Source of the DNA: Phoronis australis
Taxonomy: Eukaryota; Animalia; Phoronida
DNA length: 64,000 bases
Assembly: GCA_002633005.1 (NCBI GenBank)
Contig: NMRA01000773.1
Location: 26,509 to 90,508 of the forward strand
Direction: 5' to 3'
Made by a program: the position numbers and the translations under genes
Notes under the pieces: generated by a model
Told to the model about the DNA's origin: nothing
The model's database searches: none
Seen by the model: the letters and a program-made list of their open reading frames with translations, nothing else
In this document: piece by piece, positions 39,962-51,130 of the stretch
Position numbering within the stretch: position 1 is the first letter of the stretch
Layout of the letters: each line of letters starts with the position of its first letter

Positions 39962-41251
39962 AGGCGAAGGCAACCTTTTTTCATGTCACTTTTAGCAAAA
40001 ATAAGGATTTTCGTAATTTGATTAATTTCTCGTCCTCTACTCCGGAAGTGACGTTTTGGGAGGCAAGAGTTTCGCGCCAATTTCTTTTCATTGTAGTCTG
40101 ACTGAGAGCTGTAGAGTTAGTCATTGTTCTGCCTCGGTTGTGATAAGTTCGTTCGTCATTTGCTTTTGTTTACAAGTCAGTCAACATGCCACGCTGTTGC
40201 TGCGTGCCGGGATGTACTCATTATCGTCTCACACGCGCTTTGGGTACCTTGCGTCGCTTTCCGAAGGATGACACACTTCGCCGTACTTGGCTAGCTCGTT
40301 CATGTGAAGAACGCAGTGCTACCCGTCCACGCAACGTACGAAGCAGTGGAGGGTTACCGAGTGTGTGGCAAGCATTTTCTGCCGTCAGATTACGACAGAG
40401 ATATGTACGCTGAATTGATGAAGGTCCCAGCGAAACAACGCCTGAAGAAGGGTACCATACCGTCGCTGTTGATTCCCGGCAGTGCCCCGTCGCCAACCCC
40501 GAGAAGTGCGTTTTTGAAGCGAGAAGCCTCGCGAGCTGTGGCCACTATATACAGTGATTGGAGGCACTTCATCTACTGTCACCCGTGCCTTCGAACGTAC
40601 CCCATTGCGTGCAATTCCGGGAACTAGCAGTGATTCGCCCTGTGCTGTTGTCTCTAGCCCAGAGCCTGTAAGCAACCCTGCACCGATGTTGAGTAGTGGG
40701 AGTGAATACAGGCCCAGTTCGACACCTAGTGAAGAGGACAGTTCGTCATCCCATGAACAGATCGGTGAGCCTAAGTTTGACAAGTTTATTGTGGACTTGT
40801 ATTTGAGCTAGAAGGTGCCAGGTGTGTGGCGAGGGAGTCACACGGCGGGATGTAAGCAGTTTGGGTGCTCAGATCACCCTCCAGTGGGAGTGTGTCGCGG
40901 GAAACTCGGGCAAGTGGGACAGTTCTTCCTCTGTACGTGAGACGATAATGAGTACACCCAGTACGCAGCAACAGCGTGGCATGTTGACTAAATCGTAAAC
41001 AAAAGCAAACGACGACCGAATTGATCACAACCGAGGTAGAACAATGACTGACTCGACTGCTCTCACAGTCAGACTATATGAAAAGAAATTGGCGCGAAAA
41101 TCTTGCCTCCCAAAACGTCACTTCCGGAGTAGACGACGAGTAATTAATTAATTAAATTACGAAAAGCAGTAAATAAGTGAAAAATATGTCTGGGATAATC
41201 AACGAACCTTATTTTTGCTAAAAATGACATGAAAAAAGGTTGCCTTCGCCT
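39962..41251 (+). mobile_element. Kolobok family 2 with ~270 bp inverted arms, nested in family 1
   Basis: TIR AGGCGAAGGCAACCTTTTTTCATGTCA, TTAA at 39958-39961 and 41252-41255. The homologous empty site in copy 3 (~61483) has a single TTAA. Confidence 0.92.
40186..40800 (+). pseudogene. THAP domain plus linker of Kolobok transposase (frameshifted, truncated)
   Basis: MPRCCCVPGC...RRFPKDDTLRRTWL / YRVCGKHFLPSDY...RLKKGTIPSL, then an acidic Ser-rich linker and EPKFDKFIV. Confidence 0.85.
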
Positions 41252-41408
41252 TTAAGTTTCACAGGCTATCAATTCGAACAGGAATACAGTGATGAAGAAA
41301 TACTAGAGAGGCGCCGTGAACAAGCTCAGACGTAAGCCGGGATTCGTCACTGTCGACGACTGCAAGCCACAGACACGGAGATGTTTCACGGCCTCATACT
41401 TGCTATTT

Positions 41409-41720
41409 CATAGGCTGATTTAGGGGAGTACCCCAAGAGGCCCGCCCCCATTTGGCAGGTGCAAGGAAAATTAAACAGCGGCAGCGTGAAGAAATATCGA
41501 GTGCACCAATTTGGAATGGCAGCGGGGGGCCCCAGAGCGCGGCAGAACCGTCTTCCGTTTTTTGTTTTTTAGACCTCCGATAGAATTTGGGTGCACCAGA
41601 GTCCACATCGTCAGCCCCCTCAAATTTTCGGGCCGCCTGCGCATACAATCGCGCTTTGCCCAATTCTCCGAGACATCATCTTGGGCGACCCCTTATCATG
41701 GTATCCTAGATCCGCCACTG
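41409..41720. mobile_element. GC-rich MITE with a 5 bp TSD (hAT5-like)
   Basis: Ends CATAGGCTGATTTAGG / CCTAGATCCGCCACTG. TATTT is duplicated here and single at the empty site in copy 3 (~61295). Confidence 0.8.
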
Positions 41721-42809
41721 TATTTACAGCGTGCTTTTCATTCTTCACTACCACAAGCCAGTTCTTAAGCATTTCGGTATCTCGAGGAAGTCGAAAAAAA
41801 ACAACATACCCGCTTTCCTCGCAGCTGCATAGTTCGGACAAGCGGAAACGATGCACCCCAACATAGCGCCATTCACTCTGCAGATGAACCACTAACGTCG
41901 CCAGCGTCATTTTTCACCTTTTTCACAGGCTAACGCGACACCTCTTGGCAAGGTAAGGTCGACCGTGTGCGGGGCGATGTGGATATAGACCGATTACCAC
42001 ATACCGATATTTTCTGACGAAAGAGCATGGTATTGTTTTGCAATATCTGAGCCAGGATTTCCAAGGTAAGCGCTGCATTGACTCGTCACCCGTCTAAGCA
42101 ACGAGGGCAGGGGACCACGAAAATATTATACCCAGTCACTCAAATTACTAGAGGGTTAAAATACTCAAAAACTAAGTAATTTCTCATGTTTTGGAGACTT
42201 CTTCAACCAAAACATAGTATTCAAAATCTTAAGGAATTGCCCTTTTTTAAATTGTACTTAGAAAAGCGTGACCCCCATGCCAATAACACACGAGTCCACG
42301 GTGGCGAACTGGGTACGCGTAACTCAGGCACAGTAGCATAGTGGGGAACTAGGTTTAGTCTGGTCTTCAGCGCACAGTCGGCTTTGTGTGAGCGGAAAAA
42401 ACAGCCATGTTCCTGACTGCACTGACTTCCTGATTTAGAAAAGACCCTTGGGTTTAGTAGCTTGATAGATGGCGCTACTTTCAAAATGCACCATTGTTCG
42501 TTATTTTGCTGCTATTCTATACCGTACGTAATGTCCAAAGTGAATTATTCTAAGTATCCAATAAGGTGTGCAATACGAAGACAAGGGTGCAGCCTGTGGG
42601 ACAACGATTGCATCAGTACTGTGTCTTTTCAACGAACTAACGATAGTAGTGTACCCGGAGAATGCAAAGGTGCTGCTGCTAACGGACAAAAACCAACGTG
42701 AAATTAAAAGTAATAGACAGTTGTTGTGATTAGATTAAGAAGTGCCTTTGATGAGAGCGCCAGCCTACGTCCCTAAGTTGGCCGATGTCATTGCTTGACC
42801 AATGACATG

Positions 42810-43738
42810 TGTTACGGGGAGATTTTATGTAGGATGAACATGTCATTTATTTATCATTAAAGCATGATACAAACACATTACAACTTGGGTTCGCTATGTA
42901 CATTAGAATAATATTACATGAGAAGTATTAGTATTAATTTAGTATATAGTGGTTGTTGTGTAATTAATTAAAGGTATTAGTTGTTTACTGAAATTTATTG
43001 CCTCCTATGAGTGCTTAGGAAACGAATCAGCATATTTGTCTCTAACCATGTTTTTATGCTATGCTAGCAGAGTTATGTAACTTTAAATTCACCGGAATTG
43101 GTCAACTGCGGGGTTAGCCAGTTCTGACAACAACAATAGTCTTGTTATTATTCAGCAGAAATTACTTAAAGGTTTGTCTGTGCGTGACCATATTTGGCGA
43201 AAGCTTAGGTTCATAATTAAAATCTTATGATGTTGTTCCGGGAGTTGTTTTGGAACTATGAGTACATTTGGAGGAAGTTTATGGGTTTTACATGTATGTT
43301 TTGATCTAACTCACCCACCTTTATTCTGTTTGAGTAGAAGTATACCGTTAGCTTTTCAAGAAGGTATATTTCCAACGAGAGGCAACCAGATTGGTATATA
43401 GGTATTAGATATTTCTTGGAGATAGGCAACCAGCTTGCTAGAGAGATATCGCAGATATTCCTGAAGAGATGCTACTGGTTTGCTGAGAAATATCACAAGT
43501 TATAGAAATTCGATGGACTGAATTTCAATCCTATACATGTAGCAGAAATTCGATGGACTGAATTTCAAAGGGATACATCGTATCTAGAATTTGATGGACT
43601 GAATTCAATGTTAACATATATGTTGTTCGATGGACTGAACTTCATAGTTATTCCGAAGCATTTCATCAAGTGAAGACTGCTTGGAAGACTGGATCGAATG
43701 ATCAAGAGAAGAGGAAACTCCTCATAACAAGTGTAACA
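42810..43738 (+). mobile_element. Possible LTR (TGTTAC...GTAACA) with internal short repeats
   Basis: Inverted 6 bp termini followed by TTGG. Four TT(C/T)GATGGACTGAA repeats at 43506-43642. No TSD, no second LTR, no gag/pol seen. Confidence 0.3.
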
Positions 43739-45536
43739 TTGGATCCAAGGCCGACGCCAGGAACGGGAAAACGTGATCACAGACTGATTAAATTAGCATT
43801 CTTCGTTAATCTTAATGATTATTCATTTAGGGAAATTCAAACATTTAGTCAATATACTCATTATTACATCCAAATCAAATTGTGTTGTTTCAACCGCCTA
43901 CCTGCAAGATATTCACCACGTGACATCATGCCAGAATAGTTTGGAGCCGTCTAGTACAGTATCTGTCCGGAAAATGTTCTAGGTAGAGCAGTAGGCGTAG
44001 TAAACGTGTGGAATTTACGGCGTTACGCTCTAAGGGGTCAAACAATTTAACGTACATGTACATGTAGATATCTCTTCAAGTTGCGCGTACGCGTCGAACA
44101 TATCGCTTGATCATCACTGTATGACGTGGGTACGTGAATATCGCCAGCTTTCTTGGGCACATGCCAAAAATTCCAAACTAATCTTAGTTCTTATCTCCGA
44201 TATCTTCGCTGCCGGATCAACAGACGCCGGGGTGATCAGCGACCGTGTCGGAAGCTAACTTACGTTAATAACTCTAGTCTTCGGAAACTATCTATGAAAC
44301 TAAGGGTAGCATATTGGCAAGAAATAAATATTTCAGTGAGTTTCTAATGCCGTAAAAACTGCAAGTTGCGATATTTTTAAGATGTTAAGAGGGGTTGCTT
44401 TATTAACCATTTTTAATTTATTCGTAATTGGTGTTTTTAAAGTAAAATACATGATAAAATGCCCCACTGATAGTGGACACCTCCGAACCAAAATCTCCTG
44501 GAAATTAACTCAGACTGTCACACATCCAGTCACCCGGCGATTCAATGACATTCGTACTTAGGTCCTACCGGAACAATTCTCGCACGTTTTAATAGTAGAT
44601 GTGATCAGCAAGTGCTAAATAAAACGCGTTCCCGTAATACTGCTCGCTGCATTGCGTTTACTACTGTAAATGAACGCTGATGACACGCAAGCGCTCGCTC
44701 ACCCACACGCGCAGACGATCTTCAAAACAAAAATCACGTGACTACGACATTTTGTTCGTCCAGAGATTTTTCTCACGTTGCTGTGTACGGTCTTGCGCAG
44801 ATTTGAACCTGGGCAATTGCATAGCCCTGAATGCCGCAGGCATACATGTACAGGGGCGATAGCACACCCCCGCAAAAAGTTATGAATGTCAAAATATAGG
44901 AAATAAAATCAAATGGAACATGCATACATGCACATGGAGTTATAATTAACACATACCATATGTCTGGAGACGATTCGGTCAAGATAATGTGAACAAATCA
45001 GTGAAAATCTGTCGCGGTTTGCTCGAGTTTCTCTTACCGGGTGCCATTTTGAGGAAGTTACGTGAAATCACGCATGTTGGCGAATAAGAAGTCCAAGGTA
45101 AACAAATCTCACAAATTTTACCTGATACCTGCCTATGCTATTCTGCAAGTGTCACGCGCCATCGTCACGCGCTTCTCTCAGTCTCACGCTAGTCTTTGCC
45201 TAACTCACGTGACTCAGTTGAACTACTTTGTGGTTATCGCGCGCGTGGTGAAAAAGTTACCGGTGACCAAAAAAAGTGTAAGTTGGAATTCTTCGCCAAA
45301 GTCACCCTAATACTCGTAACTAAGTTTTATGGAAGATACGTGTAGAAGTAGAAAGAACCACCGAAGAAAGTAAGCGCTTTTTTAAGCGACAGTTTTAGTG
45401 TGAAATATATTTTGATGAGGTGAAAACTCCTAATCGGTGACCGAATTTGACCAACCGCCCGCTTAAAATACACGGGACGAAATTCGTACAGAAAGCGACG
45501 GGAAGTATTTTGTAGCCCCTAACCGGCCAACCGAGG

Positions 45537-45769
45537 CATGCGCGCACCCAAGGGGGAAGGGGGGAGGGGGGGAGGGGGTCTTCTTCATTTGGCGAAGTGG
45601 GCAAAAAGGTCCGCCTGCGAGAAACAAAGAGCCCGAGAAAATGAGATAAAAGTGTACTAAACAAGCACAAACGCGCAATTCACAGTGGTGCGCCGGCTAT
45701 TTTGTTACCAAAAGATCCACAACGTTAGGAATTCGAGCTTCCCCATATTGAAGGCTGGGTGCGCGCATG
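45537..45769. mobile_element. GC-rich MITE
   Basis: Perfect TIR CATGCGCGCACCCA. Flanks CGAGG / CGAGA. Confidence 0.75.
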
Positions 45770-46979
45770 CGAGAGGCTACATGTTGCCTAATTTGAACCT
45801 ATCTTGTTCTTAATACCGATTCCACACGAACTTAAAATCAAAGCGACGCTATTTGGAAAACTTAAGTGAGGATTTCAGGTAATTTGTTGAGTCGAAACTA
45901 TATTTTTATTCAAGCTGCCCTGTCAACGATCGCGAGGTAGCGGCGCATCAGCGAATTTTTGCCCTGAGATCTCAGCACAATTTCTGTAGAATGATCTGAA
46001 TTTAACAACGAGTGCGCCACAGTTTTGTAGAGAGTCTGTCGTAGGCTACAGATACATGACAAAGCGTAAATTCGATGCCTCCTAGCCTCCGATTTCACCA
46101 GTTTCGGAGACCGGGTTTCAACCTCCTTGCGTTACTATAAGCGCCTCTTCCCCCGAAACGAATTTTACTAAGCACCCCGGGCGCCTTATTGCGGCGAATA
46201 CAGTACTGATAACTGTCTGTTAGTAAAGTGAACTATGTTTACTGTTGGCAAAATCAAGCTTTGATTAGATGCTGAGGGCTGAAGTACCAAGCCAGTCAAG
46301 GTTTTAAACTTGACGCCCTTTCCCCAAACTCGACGCGGCAACATCCAAACTCTTTACTTCGTCGAGTCAAAACGGGTAATGGAGAACACTGGTTATTAGT
46401 ACCGGTCATGGGCTGAAAGTTGTGCAAACGTGACTTGCCATGCAAACTACTGGATTGGTTGTAACATTATCGGCATATCTAAATGTGCTACAATCTAAAT
46501 GTACATGTACGCCTTAGCTGTTCGAATGGAAAATAAGGTTGTAATAACCCTGGACATTTTGAGAATGACCTAATTGCAACCTTTTGACAATCTAATCGAT
46601 ATCCTAATCGTAAAAATACTGCATGGTTTTAACAGGACAAAACCGTGGGATCGTGTATTCCTTAATAAAATCTCTAGCACACTTTGGAAAACTACTCGAA
46701 ACTTCCAACTGCATTGCCAAGCGTTCATTTGAAAGTTTACAGTTTGATAGCTATTATGCCATGTGTTTGGGTGAAGGAGATGTGTTTTGTGGAGCTAGAG
46801 AGCTACTTTACAGGCCCACGAGCTGTGCTCATGAGTCCATGAGCCGTATTCGCAGTGGTGTCAAGACAAGGAACGAGAGAGCACAGCCCGGTTGCCACTG
46901 TGAATCAAGGGCACATTAACATGAATTCGACAGTCTTTCGGAGAATAGAATCACTCTCCTCTATCACAAAATTTCTGCA

Positions 46980-47190
46980 ACAGTTCGCTTAAGTCCTGGC
47001 AGTGGTGGGAATGGGGGAAGGGAGACAATTCGTTTAACTCTGGTCAGTGGTGGGGTGNTGGTGGGGATGGGGAGCGAGACAGATCGCTTTAATCTAGTCA
47101 GTGGTGGGGATGGAGGAGCGATTCAGGTAGCTTAACTCTGATCAGTGGTGGGGATGGGGGAGCGAGACAGGTCGCTTAACTCAGGCCAGT
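46980..47190. repeat. ~44 bp G-rich minisatellite, ~4.5 copies
   Basis: CAGTGGTGGG units at 47000, 47045, 47099 and 47143, partial at 47187. Confidence 0.85.
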
Positions 47191-47194
47191 GATA

Positions 47195-48300
47195 CATACA
47201 ACGATCCTTGGAACGTTGGAGGATGGTGAACCATTTGGAGATTGCCGAGGCCAGGGTTACGATAACGACAGTAATACATAAAATCGCTCAAGCTGACATA
47301 CTGAGCAGTCTTTTGTTCATTTTCTCGTTTTCTGATTGTCATAGTCTTAACTTGCGTGGAGTCCATGCCACTGGAAGTTGTCAACAGGCTATTAAATTTT
47401 GGAACTCTTAGGACGCTATACACTGTGCTCCCAGCGTTCCAGTCCACATTGTTTGGAAATTCTTAGACTCACGTTGGCAGTGCTGCCCACAGCATGCAGA
47501 CAAACGTTGGTTAGACCATCTGCTGCACGTCTTTCTTCTGAAGCAAATATTGAGAGGCTCGTAAAGCTGAAGTTGTCCGCAGAAACTAAGTCAGACCTAC
47601 ATGGAAGCAAACGCCACGTTAACTGGTATGGTCATGGCCTCTTCATGGGTGGAAGTTCTCACAGTAAACGACACGAGGAACAAAGTGTTGCAAGCAAAAC
47701 ATACCACATTAGTTATGAAGTAGAAAACGTACATAGTCTCCTTCACGACAAAAAGGACTTGGAAGACAACTACAATGGAGTTGAGAGCAGACAATCTGAA
47801 ATCATGTTCATTGCATGACGACAAAGAAAAGACGGCAACAGTTTTTGTCGAAGAGAGAAGGGAGGAGATGCCTGAAGAAAACGCAGAGGGAGGTCTTCTA
47901 TTGTATTGCGGGGCTCGTTTTTAGCGAATTTAACCACACGATAGCAGTCAGCGATCCACTTAGAGAGAGGATGCTTGGTGTATTGTGGAGATATCGAACA
48001 CCGGATTTGGAGCGTCTAAGAGAATACGCGCAATGGCTGTATTACAAGTACATGTACAGCGTTGGCGTATTTCACTCTAACACCTGAATTGAGACATGCT
48101 GCAAATAAGGGAGATGCCCCGGATGTATGCAATGCGACTTCAAACAGTTTTCCCAAACCTTGCTCTAAAGATTTTCCGATTTTCTGTTCCTTGCTTGTAT
48201 CAGTCGCTCAAAGAGATGGCCCATTCAGCGTTAATGCAAGGATGGAGAATAATTAGCAAAATTCTTTTGATATTTGCGACAAAATCTCTACCTTGTTAAC
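47195..48300 (+). pseudogene. hAT transposase remnant (ZMYM1/Tip100-like)
   Basis: GDCRGQGYDN (~47238), CHSLNLRGVHA..SC..AIKF, and hATC-like VFPNL..IF..SLLVSVA....FS (~48145-48230). Multiple frameshifts. Confidence 0.8.
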
Positions 48301-50748
48301 GTTTTCGACCTCCATGATGCGGCGGTAATTTCAAATTGTTTGTTTGAGTTTGAAACTAACTGCCGAACCATGCATTGAGGTCAATATGCTAACAAAGCGA
48401 GGATTTTGTGGTCCATGTCTAAAGAATTGTGCTCCTCATATGTATTCTGGACAGATGAATCTTTTTAGCACTCAAAGAATGGAAAATCTTCACTGGTCCA
48501 TCAGGTACCAAAATCAACTATTTAGAAACTCTATCCATGAGAGTCGCTATTTCAAGGAAATTGGATTTTTCCACAATTAATTGCAGCTTCGAAAGCCCGT
48601 AAAGCACCACTTAATGATAAACATGACCATACAAAACATAAACAATGAATCGACTTTCTATGAAAATGAAGTCAGAATCGAAAAAAAATGTTATAGTTTT
48701 AGCTAATTATTTTTGTTTTTATTCTACAACTACAATAATTAAGTTTATTTGTCTCCACCTATCTAAAGTGGGGGATACATGTGTATGAATTTATTGTGGG
48801 GAAATGGGTCAGAGGGCCTGGTGTTGCCCCTGACCCGCTTCATCTCTCGACGCCATTTGTCGAAGAAAGCTAGTATGATCGCGTGGTCCGTTTTCATAAA
48901 ACGCAAATTTGTTATGTATATGAAGAGACACACCACGACATACACATTTCACATCACAATTATAATCAGAGGGGTATTACCTCAGGCACGTCCACAATGT
49001 TGCCAAGTGAATGGGTTTTGAAACTTCATACCCAGTCAAAACTGACGAGAGACTAGTAAAATACAAACACAGGTAAGTGATTTGCGTAGTATTTGATACA
49101 TACCAAACGCCAACAAGATAGAGTGAGTAAAACACGTTGATTTTTAGTAGGGAAAATTACTTAGGCAATGTACTAATTATTGTTCAAAAGCATCGGTGTT
49201 AAATCAGTGCTAAAACGTCATTGAGGGTTAATTAGTAGTCTGACATCAGCATTTCTAAATTGCCTTTCATTATTTTAAAAGAGTGTCACATCGATTATCT
49301 ACTGTATAAGCACGTGATTAACGAACAGGATGTATGTCGTGTTAACCATGTTCTGACAGTGAACTTGCACATTTCACTTATCAAGTGAATCACTTAGGAC
49401 ACAGTTACGATTTCGGTTACTGTAACATAGACAAAAAGTCAACGCATACTCGCGCAATACAATACGCGTGGTGCAGTTCCTCAAACATTTGTGTTTCGGC
49501 AAACTGAAATACTTGTAAATTTGTTAAAAAGCTGTTTTTTGCCGTTAAAAATGGTTTTGGCTGCTTCCTTGTGGGTGCAGCGCTTGCTTTGCTTATATTT
49601 TTGAAATCTTCGCGTAACTATGACAACCAGTACATGGGCTCGTTTTGTGACACGTTTCCAGTCTTAGACCGAAGTCGGACAAATTTAGGACCAAAATACT
49701 AGCCCCGTTTAATGGAATTTCTTATCATCAAAGTTAATTATTGCGGCGACAAATTATACAGTAGAAACAACTGATCCATATTGTTACATATATATGTGAT
49801 AAGTAATGCTAACTTGTATTTTGAAAAACCCAAAACAACATCCCGAAAAATGAGCTAAAACAATGGCTTCCAAGACATAGCGCTGCAGGGGGTCATTTTT
49901 TGTTTACTGCTGTTTGTGTGTTGGCTTAGAGCACCACCTGTGTTTTCTGTGTTGTGCATTGAGATCTGTGGCTCTGTAAGCTGTACGATAGCACAGACGT
50001 TAACAAAACTATTCACTTTGGCTGCCGCCATTATTGTATCATGAACCGTGGCAACACATTGCGGGTGTGTGTGCCCCGACGAAGTACGCAATGCATCGAT
50101 TACCATAACTGATTTTAGTTTGTCAAATTCAAAATTGTAACGTGTCTTTGTTGAAATTATCAGAACAAAAATATGTGCAGGGTATTGAAAAAAACACATA
50201 GGCAAAATATTGAGCAAATCAAGGAAAAATGGTAGCTAAGGTAATATAAATTACAAGAAATGCATTATAAGCAATAAGTGACTCAGTAATCAGATGTGAG
50301 CAGGTATCATTAAGTGACTGTAGTGAGGGCAGGTACAGAACCTCAAGGATTTTTTCCAAGGGTGTCAGGGAAGTAATAAACATAAAATAGATCTGCTGAA
50401 TGAATAAGAGGTAGGAGCAAAAACGGGGATGACGGGCGCACCTCAATCTTTTGGTTGAGGGCGGAGATAGCTTTCTGCCCCCAATATTACAATTGCTAAT
50501 ATCAATTAACAATTGGTTATTAAAACTTTTAACATACAAACTTTGTTTTAAAATAAAATCGAAAAATTGACAGATTTTCCTCCTGCAACCATCAAATGTT
50601 TCTTACGTCAGTGTCCAAAAACTGCACTCTTACGTCATCCAAACACGGGTCCAAATCTTTGTTTCGAAAATTCACACCTTATGACATTTTACATTCAAGT
50701 AAAGGGTCAGTGCCCCTTTACATGAAAAAGTCCCAAAAAGCGACTCAA

Positions 50749-50909
50749 CAGGGGCAGATCCAGGATTTTTAAAGGGGCGGGGTCGGATCAAAAATTTTTA
50801 AAAAGGGTGATCCAAGTCAACAATTTGAAAATTCTAGATTTGATATCACTAAAATCAAGGGAAAATGGGTGGAGGGGGGAACGCTGTGACCCCCCTGGAT
50901 CCACCTGTG
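50749..50909. mobile_element. CAGGGGC(A/G)GATCCAGG MITE
   Basis: TIR CAGGGGCAGATCCAGG / CCTGGATCCACCTGTG, flanks CTCAA / CTCAG. A related right end lies at 14455-14474. Confidence 0.75.
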
Positions 50910-51130
50910 CTCAGCTGAGTTGCCTAAATCTTTTGGAATTCCTGCCAGCGGTCCAGTAAACCTGCCTTGTATGCCCCCATAAAACAGCCAAGATACCTAT
51001 TGAATACACAGAGCATTTACGGTACACTGTAGTTGAATTACGACGCACTTCAGCCCTCCTAAACCATTCACATTTTATAAAATTAACTATCAGCAGTTAG
51101 TTAAGGCATATTCAGCCAACTTCGTCAGGT

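Larger units (their letters stand above)
38808..41996 (-). mobile_element. Kolobok family 1, copy 2 (inverted, two nested insertions, 5' TIR missing)
   Basis: TTAA(38804-38807)|CGGAGCACGCCAC matches the family 3' TIR. Reverse complement of copies 1 and 3 over 38808-39957, 41256-41408 and 41726-41996. Confidence 0.88.

Noticed and set aside
41997-42159. piggyBac-like insertion (TTA|CCAC...AGGG|TTAA) truncating Kolobok copy 2
   Set aside because: The two ends barely match, and the Kolobok TIR does not clearly resume afterwards.
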